DNA from: Bispira polyomma
Taxonomy: Eukaryota
Direction of reading: 5' to 3'
DNA length: 64,000 nucleotides
Assembly: GCA_965649765.1 (NCBI GenBank)
Contig: OZ287756.1
Coordinates: forward strand, 33,108,001 to 33,172,000
In this document: positions 38,640 to 50,962 of the stretch, piece by piece
How the letters are laid out: each line of letters starts with the position of its first letter
Position numbering within the stretch: position 1 is the first letter of the stretch
The notes under the pieces: generated by a model
What the model was told of the DNA's origin: nothing
The model's database searches: none
The model's input: the letters and a program-made list of their open reading frames with translations, nothing else
Translations under genes and position numbers: made by a program

Positions 38640-39130
38640 CTTTCTGTTCAATACAAAAATACCAAAACTACCTGACTCAAATAAAACAAACTGTGGTAAA
38701 GCACTCAATGATCTGAATAATAATAAGGCACCTGGTTGCGATGGGTTTTCAGTTGAATTTGAATAAGCCCAGACCAAGTAGGTTATATCAAGGGTCATTT
38801 CATAGGAGAAACATCAGAACAACTGCTGACCTTTTCAATTACTGTAAGCAAAGCTGTAAATAAGCCCTCTTTACCTTAAAAGACTTCAAAAAGGCTTTTG
38901 ATTCGATAAAGTGTTTTTTTTTTTTTACTTAAAGCTCTTGAAGTCTTAAATTTTGAAAATAGCTTTATCTCATGGGTTAAAACAGTCTAAAATAAAAGAG
39001 AAAGTTGTGTTATAAATAATAGAAAATCAGTTTTTAAAACTAGAAAGAGGTATACCGCAAGGCTGTTGCCTAAGCGCACTCCTTTTTATAATAATAGTTA
39101 AATTTTTGGCCATTATTTATAAAAGGAATA
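38640..39130 (+). mobile_element. Decayed L1/Tx1-like LINE RT fragment
   Basis: Pieces translate to NNKAPGCDGFSVEF, QVGYIKG..IGENIR, DFKKAFDSI and RGIPQGCCLSALLFII. Confidence 0.75.
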
Positions 39131-41455
39131 GTTATCGGATGAATTTAATATTAATCAACTAGCAAAGAACATCAGACCATACATCATATTCTGTGATGGT
39201 GGTGCCATTCTCAATGGAAGAACCCTTTTCAAAATAAAAACAACATCAGGGTTTGTTATAAAAAACATGCGTTATTGGTCATCCAGTGTATTTTGCCAAC
39301 CAATACCGAATTTTACCATTCATAATAAACTACAGTTTATAAACAATTTTTTTTTTAATTCAGTGATGTAAATGTGTTGTAATATGCATTAAATAAATTA
39401 ACGTTGTATGTTGTCAAAAACGTCAAATGGTGAAATTAACTGGCCGGCGAAATTCAGTGGCTCACCAGTACACAATTAACTAACCTAAACCTGCACTAGT
39501 TAACAATCCACATCTGTAGTAGTTACAGCAATACTGAAAAGTATTTCAAATTAAACAGGAAATATCCTCTAATGTTTCTCCATAAGTGGCCCCCCACATA
39601 TGCAAATCAACAATGGCACACATACTTGTTTATCTCATGATTAAGTAGGCTTCTGTATATAAGACACACTATCCCTCAAAATCATTGGCCTCATAGATAA
39701 CACTTACAATTACTTTTTTTATTTATAATTTAATAGCAAAGATATTTTAGCACTGGCCTTTCCACTCTGCATTGATTTTACATGAATAAATAAAATTATT
39801 AGGAGAAGTTAATTGGGTAAACTAGTGCATGATTTACTGCTGTATATAATAGTTACAGCTTCTCTTAATTTTTCCTTGTATTAACACAATTACTTGAGGC
39901 AATGTATCTAATTTACATGGACCATCGGTGCCTCTTTACAATACCAATGGATATGGGTGAGAGTCAGAACTTTTTGGAGGAGAGGGTACCATTATAAAGT
40001 TTAACCATATCAGTGAGAAAAAAAACACAATCATCGATTTTTAAGATCTATAGTATATCCCACCAGTACATTGATCCATTTTTAAGATCTATAGTATATA
40101 CCACCAGTATTTTTTGTGTGACTACTGCAGCACATAAAATAAACTAGACTTTGCCCAAGTATTTGTAAATGTATAGGGAGCCTTTTGATGTAGATCTGAT
40201 ATATAAACAAACATAACAGACAAAAACTTAGATATTTTTGCATAGAGCCACAAATGTAAACAAAATATAATATCCCACAATATTCCCAACTAATGTTTTG
40301 GTTGTCAATCTACAACTTTGGGGATACAGATTTGTTTATTACCCAACAGGCACATCAGTTTAATGTTGAATCAAAGAGTGAAATCACAGTTGGTGTCAGG
40401 GTAAAATGCGAATGGAAATTATAGTCAGTATCCGACTTTGATTTTAGGTTGAAGCAACGTTAAATTCAGGTCGAAACAGCATTGATTTCCGGTTGCAACA
40501 ACATTGATTTCAGGTTGAAATAACATTGATTTGAGGATTAACTCATGTTGATTTCTGGTTGAAACCATGCTTTTCTTTTGATAAAAATTCAATTAACAAT
40601 ATAGTATGTCTTCCAAAATGTATGTATAAAAAAATTAACTCCTCACCAGATTAAAACAATATACAGCACTCAGTACACCACAAATGTATCAGCAAAACAA
40701 TTAAGGTAAGTAAACCTGGTGCTAACAATCTTTGATCGTTTGTAACACAGCAATGAATATCTTCATTTAAGCTCATTAAAGCTCCACTCCATTGTTAATT
40801 ACTATTCTTATTTAACAAAGGATGCTCATCAAAATGAAAACCAGAATTATCAAGTTGTGGTCTCATATAAACAACTTTAATCAAGCAGTTATATTAAGTT
40901 ATTTTGACCAAATACTTTTCATTTTAAACTGTTGGTTTCTGGTATTTATTTTTGTTCAATGTCGACAACCAAATATCAACCTGGTGTCTACGTCAACAGT
41001 AAAAATATGAATTTATAGAACAGTTTCCCAAAGCTGCACCATTGAGCGTTGAGGAAGGTAAGTGAACACGGGTAAGTATGAAGAACACCATGTGTAAACA
41101 TTTGGGTATTTTATTACAACACATAAAATATATATATATATATACATACTTCCTACGTAACCTCTAGAGTTAAGGTCACCTTAAGCTAAGGTTGCTTTTC
41201 CTTGTGAGGTGAGTAAGGTGACCTTAATCCCAGGGATTCCTAAACTTAAAACTTAAGGTTAATATAACTAAGGCCATCTTAAGGCGACCTTAACTTAGGG
41301 GTTTTTCCTAGCTGTCTGTCAATTGAGGTTAACCCTTAAGGAGGCCCTAAACCGGCTACTACTATTTGTTAGTACTACTACACACACTATCTATTTACAC
41401 TATTTGTATATGTTGTATATAATTATATGACTAAAAGCCAAACCCAAAAGTAGTG

Positions 41456-42438
41456 TTATTTTGTTGTCGTTGTAGCTAAATGGGAGGAGAAAGTATTGGC
41501 AACTAGACCTGCAGCTGTTGGGGTCTTCACCAAGTACCGCCATATGGCGTCAGAGCGCCAACCCCCATGGACCTTGATGTACTGTAACTCCACATTATGA
41601 TCGAAGGCCCAGGAGGCCCCTGATCTACGTAGTGCGTGAAACCCGAACTCCCGTGGGTTCAAACCCACTAGCTGCACTGCTGACCTAAAGACTTTCCTGA
41701 CCTGATAAGCTGTGATTATTGTTTTGACATTCTGATGCGTGAACTGAAATAATGCTTCCTTATTGGAAGTGTTCTGAGGGAGATAGGCTCTAAGTGCTGT
41801 TGTGGGACATAAAGGTGACCCCGGAATGAGAGGAATCTGTACCACTTGGACCTGACCCGACACCTGCATGTTTTTCGCACTTTTACTGATGATGTGGGCC
41901 CCAGGGGACCCCCAAATCACATCCTCTTGTGTGGGGAGTCTCGATGGCTGAAACATTGAGGCTCTGTTTGGGACTAATGAGGCCAGCCGATAAAACCCAA
42001 AGAACCCTAACAGCACAATGGACTTATATACCTGGTGGCCAGGGAATCCTTTAATTTGTAGGACCAGCTGCTGCAGCTTGGTAACTGAAAAAAACCCCTT
42101 TACTCTACACCTCAAAGGGGCATTGTTTGAAACAGATTTGACCATAAGGGCTATCTTCTTATGAGCCAAAACCTGTGTGGGGAAATCATATATTTGGAAG
42201 TAATGCTTAATTACACTAATGTAACCCATGATTGTTTGGGCTCTGAGACCCTGCTGAGCCAGGAACTCGACAAATAATAAGATGGACTGCAGTTCAAAAG
42301 GAGAGTTGATCTGTAGATGTGACAAAAAGCTGTGAACAACATAAACTTTGCCTGGTAGGCTGTGGATGTTCTAGGGCGAAACCCTGTAGCTACTCGTGTG
42401 TTGACATCCCTCATTAACTTCCTGGCCAGAGCTGAACC
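41456..42438 (-). pseudogene. Element 2 tyrosine recombinase (catalytic residues intact; one frameshift near 42325)
   Basis: GFYRLASL (R), HALRRSGA (HxxR), HGGWRSDAIWRY (W, Y). The N-terminal FRPRTSTAY is in ORF 42211-42450. Confidence 0.9.
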
Positions 42439-42446
42439 TACAATGT

Positions 42447-44112
42447 TCAAATATCATAGTTAGGGACTAGCCAGGCTATGTCCACGGGAACCCATGCACA
42501 TGTTTTGAGGAAGGCAACTTGAGTCTTATTAATATTTTTGTAATGATCCCATCTGGACAGTATATCTGCGTAAATGTTATCCACACCCCTAATGTGCTCA
42601 ACTTTTAATTCAATATTATGTTTTGCCTGGAGGAGCCAGAGGGTCCTAGCGCATGCTGTTAAGAAAGTATCCCTACATTTAAACTTATTGAGGACATGCA
42701 CCACTGCCAAATTGTCACAGTGTATGCAGATTGTTTGGTCTACCCACTTTCCCCCCAAGCCTTAAAAGCCACAATGATATTAATCATCTCGAAGTGGACA
42801 ATACTAAGATTGTTTACATAAGACTCAGGAATGTTAATGGCATATACATTGTTTCCCCAAAACGCCCCTAAACCTTTAAGGGAGGCGTCAACAAAAACAT
42901 GTTGTACTGCGTGTTGACTTCCATGAATAGCAGTGACCCCATTGTACTCTTCTAAAAAGGCACAACACCAATTAACGTCCTTGTGAAAGCCCTCAGTGAG
43001 GGGAACCGACACGTTTGGGGGGGTGCCCCTTAGTACTTCTAAAATTCTGTTCACAAACAATCTCGCGGGCTTGACACATCGGTGCACAAAGATTAATTTG
43101 CCTAGTAATTTTTGTAAACCTCTCCTGGTTGCGTGAGTTCTGCTCTGCCAGGCGAGACATATTTGTTTTACTTCATAAAGCTTTCGTTCCGGTATGGTCA
43201 GCACGCCCGTTCTCGCATTAATATTAATTCCCAGACAAGTCATACTCGTGGTGGGTGCATCGACCTTGTCTTGGTTGATGGGAAGACCGAGTGTTGTTAT
43301 TAAATTCTTTAGTACGGTGAAACCTTGGTTAGCCTTTCCCGGATACGCAATACCGATACAGTCGTCTAAGTATGAGCATACCCAGTGGCCGTTCTTATGC
43401 ATTAAATATGTGACGCAATCGGTGGCCATCTGGCACGCGCATGCGCCCGACTTGAGGCCGAAGGGAACACTAATATCAACATAGTATTGTTGCTTCCATT
43501 TAAGTCCCAACACTGGGTAGTCTAAAGGATCGGATCTCAAATTTCTATATGCTCTTTTTAAATTAATTTTATAAAGTAAACAATCTGGGCCTAACAAGGC
43601 TATTTTCTGCACTATATCATCAATTGTAGGGTACTTGAGCTGAAATTCAATTCCATCAAACACATCTGAAGGGATACATGAATTAACACTTTTGCTTTTG
43701 GGCCAGGAAAGGTCGACAATAATTCTTCTAGAGCCATCTGGCTTGTCTCTAGACATGAGTGGTGAAATATGTAGTCTATCAAAAGGGATGTTTTCTAAAG
43801 GGCCAACTATAGCCTTATACTGGACCTCTGTTTGAAAATACGCTTCTACTGCCTGGGGATAATTAACCGCCGAGGAGTGGTTCTCTGCCTGTAAATTATA
43901 CTGAAAAGGCTCTCATATTTAATTGGGAGGGAACCGGAAGCCTTGCCCCTTTGTAATTGGGAATCCCCCTTTTTTCTACTATTGAGTGAGATTGTTTAAC
44001 CCATTCAATCATGTCACCACTCCCCACCATGTTTTTCCTATGATCTCTTACTTGGGGTTGGCATTTAACACCTGTCATTGGGATAAATCCCCTCAACCAT
44101 TCTGTGACATCA

Positions 44113-44145
<33 letters not shown>

Positions 44146-44834
44146 TTCAGTGTGAGAAGGGAGGCCTCTGTGATACTGGGGTAATTGGCTGCCTTTGTTT
44201 CTACTGTACTATGTACCTGAAGGTGGTCTGTGTTCCCTCCAAATTGACCCTGTTCAATAGCTGTGGTAAGATTAAAGGACTGACTAAAGGAACTGTCTAT
44301 GCTGTGACCCTGATATGAGGAATTCCTTATACTATATTCAGTGCTGTAAATATAGCTACTGTATAAACACGTGTCTAAATTGGCCCTGTGCGCCATGTTT
44401 AAACTGTGTAAACGTAAACTTTGATCTGAACAGACCCCTGGTTTACAACTTGTCACATCTATCATACTTTGCTCTGACCTTACTGAAACCCTGTTTATAC
44501 CTGAAACGTCAAAGACACTGTCACCATATAAACCACTATTACTGTTACCTATTACACTGCTACTGCCTAGTATCGATACAATTTTGCTATCACTATGACT
44601 GTCAGTACTGTTACTGGCATTATGACTGACTACTTTGTGGTTTGCTACTATGTCCTCATACCAGACTCTGTAACTGTTGTCACTATTAACACTGTTCATA
44701 TGTGGTTGCACACCTTGGCATAGATTATCTGTATTACGTCTATCCGTGTCTATAGAATGGTTATACTCGACTTTTACTACTCTGTGAATATTCTCCCTGA
44801 CAGGGCGTTCAGCCCCGGATACCTTTTGTGTCAA
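42447..44834 (-). pseudogene. Element 2 pol (RT and RNase H), frameshifted, with a ~25-27 codon deletion near 43905
   Basis: VPFGLKSG, YLDD, VDAS, HFEMIN, CDN, ADILSR. The W...FGFPL segment present in element 1 and the 32-kb remnant is missing. Confidence 0.87.
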
Positions 44835-44989
44835 TCTGACACCAATTACATTGGCAATGGCCGATATGTTGGTTAAACCAGAATTTACTGTTCATTATGC
44901 AATGGGTACATAAGCAGTGTTTTGAATGAAAAGAACTAGGTATCTGAGGGGCCGTGCTAACCGTACTGCCAGGAAGAGTATTTAAACTA

Positions 44990-46204
44990 TCAAACCCTCT
45001 GATCAGCCCTATCCTGATCTTTGTGACCCCCATTTTTTATTTTCCTATTGCATTTGCTCTCTGAATTCTCATAATTTCTGTTCACCGCTTTGTAGCAATA
45101 GCCACAAGTGTGTTTCAATAATTTTCCCCCCTCATAATGCTCCCCTTCAAATTTACAGGCTCCTTTTGCATACTTAAAACACACGTTAACTTTGTTAGAC
45201 TGTTCCCTTGGCATTGAACTCCCATTACTTCCTGTATCAACCGTTTTGATTGCCCTCTGCGTGAATCTCTGCCTGATCCTGTCGATTTCACTGAGATTAT
45301 CCCATGTGACCGAGCCCCGTTCAATTTCCGACAGTACTGCTGCATGCGCGCGTTTCGCTGTGGGCCACGATAGCTCAATGGCGTCTTGCATCAGCAAGTA
45401 TTGATATTGCATCATGTTCCTGCGCACCTTTTCATCCGGCTCCTGAACCACACACCTAGCGAAGCCCTGCACCCATTGGAATATTGTTAGCTCTTCATAA
45501 GTCGGCAGTTTCATGTTATCATTGAGCATGCAATGCTCATGGGGCCAAGAAACCGCAACACGTACTCTTTGGTCACCCAACAGATACCGCCCTGACTTAA
45601 TTCCCTTCTTTTTTACAGTACCTGAAACCTCCTCGCGGGACATGTCATCGTACAGGCGTAGACGTCTGTCGACTTCGTCCTGGACCTCAGAATCTGAGCG
45701 TAGGAAATCTAATGTGGGTAATTTCTGCACTGGTGACGTTTCTCGAGCACGACGCTCCCGACTGGCACCCTGTCCCTTGCGTGCCTTGGGAAAGCTATGT
45801 GCTGAGGGCTTGGAGGTGATAGAAAAGCCGCTTTCCCCTCGCCTTTCCTGGTGACTCACCCGTTGCTCCAAGTCTGTGAATCTCTCCAGCACCTGGTCTA
45901 ATTGGCTCATAACGTCTGCGTTACATACTCGTTTGGGTGTTTTCTTCCTTGATCTTCTCCCTACTATCTCCTCTTGTGATTGCGTATCTTCAGCTGGTCC
46001 GTCCGACGTCATGTTGGGTCTTGACTGTGGAACAGTGGAAGTACCTGGCTCCCTAGCCCTAGCTGCTTCCGAATCCGTGGAGGATATTGAGTGATTCCCC
46101 TTTTCCCCTGTACACAGGTCCCCTACTGGACCTGTGTGCTTAGATTTGCACACCAAACACATTTCTCTAGTTTTACTCCTGGTGTTATGTATCCTGGGTC
46201 CCAT
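44990..46204 (-). CDS. Element 2 gag-like ORF1 (404 aa, intact)
   Basis: CLVCKSKHTGPVGDLC zinc-knuckle-like N-terminus, coiled coil, WPHEH, C-terminal CFKYAKGACKFEGEH and CGYC; homologous to element 1 gag. Confidence 0.85.
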   Translation of the reverse strand: MGPRIHNTRSKTREMCLVCKSKHTGPVGDLCTGEKGNHSISSTDSEAARAREPGTSTVPQSRPNMTSDGPAEDTQSQEEIVGRRSRKKTPKRVCNADVMSQLDQVLERFTDLEQRVSHQERRGESGFSITSKPSAHSFPKARKGQGASRERRARETSPVQKLPTLDFLRSDSEVQDEVDRRLRLYDDMSREEVSGTVKKKGIKSGRYLLGDQRVRVAVSWPHEHCMLNDNMKLPTYEELTIFQWVQGFARCVVQEPDEKVRRNMMQYQYLLMQDAIELSWPTAKRAHAAVLSEIERGSVTWDNLSEIDRIRQRFTQRAIKTVDTGSNGSSMPREQSNKVNVCFKYAKGACKFEGEHYEGGKLLKHTCGYCYKAVNRNYENSESKCNRKIKNGGHKDQDRADQRV

Positions 46205-47169
46205 ATTGCAATTGTATCAATTGGGTTTGTTGTACAGTTAACACGTAAACAAATAAAACATATGTTGTGTAAAAAGCAACTTTAAAAACAACTTATAAAA
46301 CTGTGTATATGTCCAGAGAATTAAAACTTTTTGCTTGTACACCCACCAACTTGAAATTCACAATGAAGAGCTTGGGGGTTGTTTACTAGGAAAGCTAAAG
46401 TTTTGGCAGGAAAGCATTGTTCCCCTTAATTGTGGTCTTAATGAATTGTTTGCCACCTTATGCCCCCTGTCTGGGTGACACTTGTTTTACCAGAGAATTT
46501 ACCTTGTCACTATACTGTTGACATGTGTGTCCCCTGTTCTGGGTGATACTCATTTGATAACATAAAGAAATTTAGTCATACCGTCCTCATGTAGGACAGG
46601 GCCAGCTTAGGCAACTGATAACTGATGCTGCCTAATCCACGCATTCAACCTAATATATGGAATTGAGGTTGATATTGGGTTGTCAACGTCGACAACCCAA
46701 TATTAACCTCAATTCTAAGTTGAAATCAGGTTGTGTGCCCGCTGGTTAACTACTTGTTTTAGTAAGATACCAGTTAGTTATAAAAAATACAAATGAGTGC
46801 TTATGGCAAGAAAGCTTATTTTATTGCGATTATTGTGCTTTTTGTTTCCTTAAAATCCAAAGAGAAATAGGTGTGATATTTCAGATTAAATAAGGAAGAG
46901 CGTCAGGGACATTGAAGGAACAGCGTAAACAGCGTACGGTGCAGTATCTATGGTGTTTCTAATTTATATATTACGCAAAAGACATGTTTTCCAACTATAT
47001 CCATTAACATTTAATAATTCATTATTAAGGATTCACATGCACACATGGATTTTCTCCAACCTTTAACCTTAAAATGGGTAACCTATTGGTTACATATGTA
47101 CATACCATTAAACAGTCAATAGAAGATATTACAATAAAAATGCCTTGCATTATATTACCAAATGTACCA

Positions 47170-49100
47170 AACTCTGTATTGTATTTTACTGTATTGTACA
47201 TTTTTAACGTGCCTTATTGATGCTAGGCATCTACTGAGGCGCAACATCAGAAACAATCAGCCAATCGAAAAATTGAAAAACATAGCCAGGTCGTAAGGAT
47301 GGATGAGTCTGCGCCCAGGGAAAGGACAACGGCGAGCCTGAAGACATAGGTTTTATGCTGTCTCTTAAATCCAGAAAGTGTTTCAAGCATTCTAAGCTCA
47401 ACTATCAGGCTGTTCTATAACATAGGGGTGGCGACCGAGAAGGCTATAGATCCAACCCTCTTGGTGAGTTTTTTGGAGGAAACAGATAGGGTCTTTTCAC
47501 TTTTAAGGCTGCTAAAGGAGAGTTTACTAACAAAGTAGTGAGGCTGTTCAGAGACAACAGCTTTAAAGGTGGTTACATGCATGTTAAACATGATTCGATA
47601 GTGAATAGGAAGCCAGTGGAGTTTCTTGAGGTATGGAGTGACATCAGTACAGATTCCCAAAACGAAAGATGACTCTACACAGTTCTCTAGATAGTTTTGA
47701 ATGGACTGCAATTTGTTTATGAGTGACCTATTAGCTCTATACAGAAGAGAATTACAGTAGTCAAGGAGGATACTTGCAAGAGGTTTGGCTACAGTGATAG
47801 CAGTATTTAGGAAAAGGAAAGTTTTTAGAAAAAATTTAACAATGTATGGAACAAATATGAGTATGAATAAAGACAGCCTTAAAGAGGATGGAAACAAACC
47901 CTCTACTTGTACAAAGTTTCCACGTCAACCTAAAGTTTGGCAAGGTGGCCTGAAACTCACAGTGTGTAATATACTAAATTAAGTTTTGTCAGTATTAAAT
48001 TTAAAGTAATTCATCTGTACTGAGAAAGGAGAGTCAGCAAGTAGACCCAGATTTTTGTGGAGGTTGAGAGAGAGAAATATTTTTGAGTGTCGTGAGCACA
48101 CATGTAGTGTTTAAAGTTATGATTATTTCTAACTATACTGATGGGATTAATGTAAAAATATAGAAGCCCACGTGGTACCCAAAGGTAGGCTGAATGAGGA
48201 CGAAAAGTGAAATCCAGTTTTATTTTATTTTTGTTCTGCAAGTCAGACGGAATCTAATCATTTAGCCCAAACTACTGCTTTAGGATGTCAAAAAGTAGAT
48301 GTTGGTCGATGGTATCAATGGCTGCCGAGAGATCTAGAAGGGCGATAATTGCCTTCTGGTTCATCACGAGGCAAGGTTAGTGGGATTACTGATGAATAGG
48401 AGGGCACTTTTTGTAAGCAGACTAGTGGAAGCTGTTAAAGCTAAAGTTACTGATCTGTCATTTTTCAAGACATTTTCATCAATCCCTGTTTTTTTAACGT
48501 AGGGGCCAACATAAGCTACAGTTGTCCTTCACATCATCTGGCTTCCCTTTTTTGTCTGGGTTAGTCAATTTATAGGCGTCAGCAAGTGGAAGGCCTTTGG
48601 AAACCCATGAAGTGTGGGATTGAAGATAAAGTGCAATTAGATTCTAGGCTGAGGCCGTCTGGATTTTTACATGGGTGTTTAAAGAGCCGACATGCAAAAA
48701 TGTTATTCTGAAAATTATTAATCTTAATTTTTCTGATGTTGCAGTATTTGATAACACAAGGTTTTTATAACACTGGGTTAGGCAGCACGAGATGGGCGAA
48801 AGTGGTAAGATGGTCTGATATCCCATCAATGAACGAGACATCAGTAATGATTTTGAACTCGGGTAATGATGAGGATAAGGATGTGGTTATGAAGATGGGT
48901 AGTAGGTCACAAAACAAACTGTGTCAACAAGAAGGTGTCTCAGAGGCTGTTGAATTCTTTGGTGAGTGTGTTATCCATATCAAGTTTAATGTTGAAGTCC
49001 CTTCTGATGGGAGAAGGTTGATGGTTTCAAGGAATTCAAAAACTTCTTGGTTGAAAGCTGTTAAAAAAGTGAGTCGGTTAAGGTATGAAACCAATAATGA
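47170..49100 (-). mobile_element. Decayed L2-clade LINE, same family as 2950-4495, with a (TACAA)n-like tail
   Basis: LDYCNSLLY, KLQSIQNYL, DVTPYLKKLHWLPI; 3' end gcgcctcagtagatgcctagcatcaataaggcacgttaaaaat; DFNI endonuclease-like remnant near 48990. Confidence 0.85.
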
Positions 49101-49500
49101 TTGAAAGCCATTTGATATTTATTATATCTTAGGTCTTTGATGTTTTGATGAGTAGGGCCTGTTAAAGTACTGAATTTTGATATGACTTCAAAAAGCTTTA
49201 GTATTTCATTATCATTCTGAAAAAAACAAAATAATATTATCAGCATATCGCATTTTAAATCTGGTCCTTCTTTTAAGTGGAAATTTTTATTCTTAAGGGC
49301 ATATATTTCAATTATAAGTATGAAGAGTAAAGTAGCCATAAGACATCCTTGTTTCATTTTCAGGTGAAAAACGAGATATTTCAACTTCTAGTACACCTGT
49401 ACTAGGATGTCTCCTTACATTCTAGTATTCAGTCTATCATGAAATATAGATTCATTAACACTTACTTGTATATGCCCTTTACATCATCTGACTATTTAAA
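49100..49500 (-). mobile_element. Decayed L1/Tx1-like RT fragment
   Basis: KQGCLMATLLFILIIE and a YADNII-like motif; the same junction recurs at 63895-64000. Confidence 0.55.
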
Positions 49501-50792
49501 TTTTATAAATATAGTGTCATCTCAGAACTCATCCAGAATTTCTAACTTATCATGTTTTTTATATCACAGTTTTAAAATAAAAGAATTGTATATGCCAGAT
49601 TTGTAATCAGTGTTATTAAAAAATATGTAAAGTCTGTTAAGATGTGATGAAACATTAACCCAAATTTAAAAGGATGTATTTATTTAAGTAATGTTACTGT
49701 AAAGATATTATGGGCCTGAGGCCTTAAAGTACATACAAAGTTTTTGTTATTGTTCTTAAAACATTAACATTAAAGTATTACTTGTGTTGTGTATTTTTAA
49801 AAGATGTAACTCAGGAAGACAAAATACTCACAAAACTTTACCCGACCAGGCTTGTTTTGTAATGCTTTGATTTGATTTGGGGTTTAGTTGCTTTCAGTAC
49901 ATTGTATCGATGATTACTTCTTTACTTCTATATTTTACATTGCAAAAGGACTTTAAACAAGTCCATGTATGGCTAGTATGTATACTTTACTTCTACAACC
50001 TGTGCATGTAAAATATACTGACAAGGTAAAGATGCCAGATCGAAATGCCCAGATGCCATTGTAACATTTATTAAGTCAATATGAGTAAATGTAAAAAATA
50101 GATACCTTTTTATGTATCTCTTAAAACAATAATTACAATTGAATTTTAACCTGAAAGAGTTCATGTTAACTATAGCAGCAACTAAGCTTTAAATTTAAGT
50201 AAATAAAGATTTGAAAATCACTTAACCAAAAAATCAGCGTAATATAAAATTCTGAACACACTTTGTCATGCTGATAACTGCTTCACACTTCTATGTCCAA
50301 AAATATTAGCTTTGATGCAACTTTTGAAATTTTTATTAGCCCATGTATATCCTTCGAAACTTCAAACTCTTGTATTATAGTATTGACACAAGATATACCT
50401 TTCATACACTCCGATATTAAACATTATCGAAATAATCATTTAAACTCTTCATATATAACACACTCCATACACCAAAATTATTTGTCAAAGGCTGATATTG
50501 GCAATACAAATATCATGCACTTGAAATACTGCAATTAGAGATCAATTTTATGAAACATTTGACATCTTTAGAGTACTATTGGCATCCAATCATGATCCTG
50601 CACATTTATAACCAGATGCAGAGAGATGTAGATAATATGACCACAGAACAAAAAGTGATAAAGTAAAGAACAAGCCAGTGAATAAACCCAAAAGCATTAC
50701 TCAAACAATGTAGCAAAGAACAAAAACAATCAACAGCATTTAACAGTAGTTATAGTAACTGTAACTCCCCCATATATAGTCAAATTGACCAG

Positions 50793-50956
50793 TCAGTAAT
50801 CATTTGTGGCTATGCTAAGTGATTTACACCCAATTGTTCCAGGTGCAACATATGGCTGGTCTAAGTGTGGCACATTCAAAAAGGCACATATTTTGTCAGT
50901 TTTTTCTTTAACCTCAATGGTAAATTCCTCATAGTTATGCTTCTTCAAAGCATGCA
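50793..50956 (-). pseudogene. Isolated 3' end of an additional sulfotransferase-like copy (C1)
   Basis: Encodes about 50 C-terminal residues (..NVPHLDQPYVAPGTIGCKS..) followed by the normal 3' flank. Confidence 0.8.
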
Positions 50957-50962
50957 GTCAGA

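Larger units (their letters stand above)
41019..46622 (-). mobile_element. Near full-length YR retrotransposon (Ngaro/DIRS order), element 2
   Basis: gag 46204-44990, pol 44834-42447, YR 42438-41456; AATAAA about 90 nt from the 3' end; GTT at both termini; boundaries fixed by the interrupted MITE. Confidence 0.93.
40342..46746. mobile_element. TA-flanked MITE with GTTGAAA/TCAAC subterminal repeats, interrupted by YR element 2
   Basis: Left TA|CCCAACAGGCACA; right TGTGCCCGCTGGT|TA. Site is empty in paralogous units A (~28120) and D (~57870). Confidence 0.78.

Noticed and set aside
43986-44318. Proline-rich protein ORF
   Set aside because: Antisense reading of the C homopolymer inside element 2 pol.
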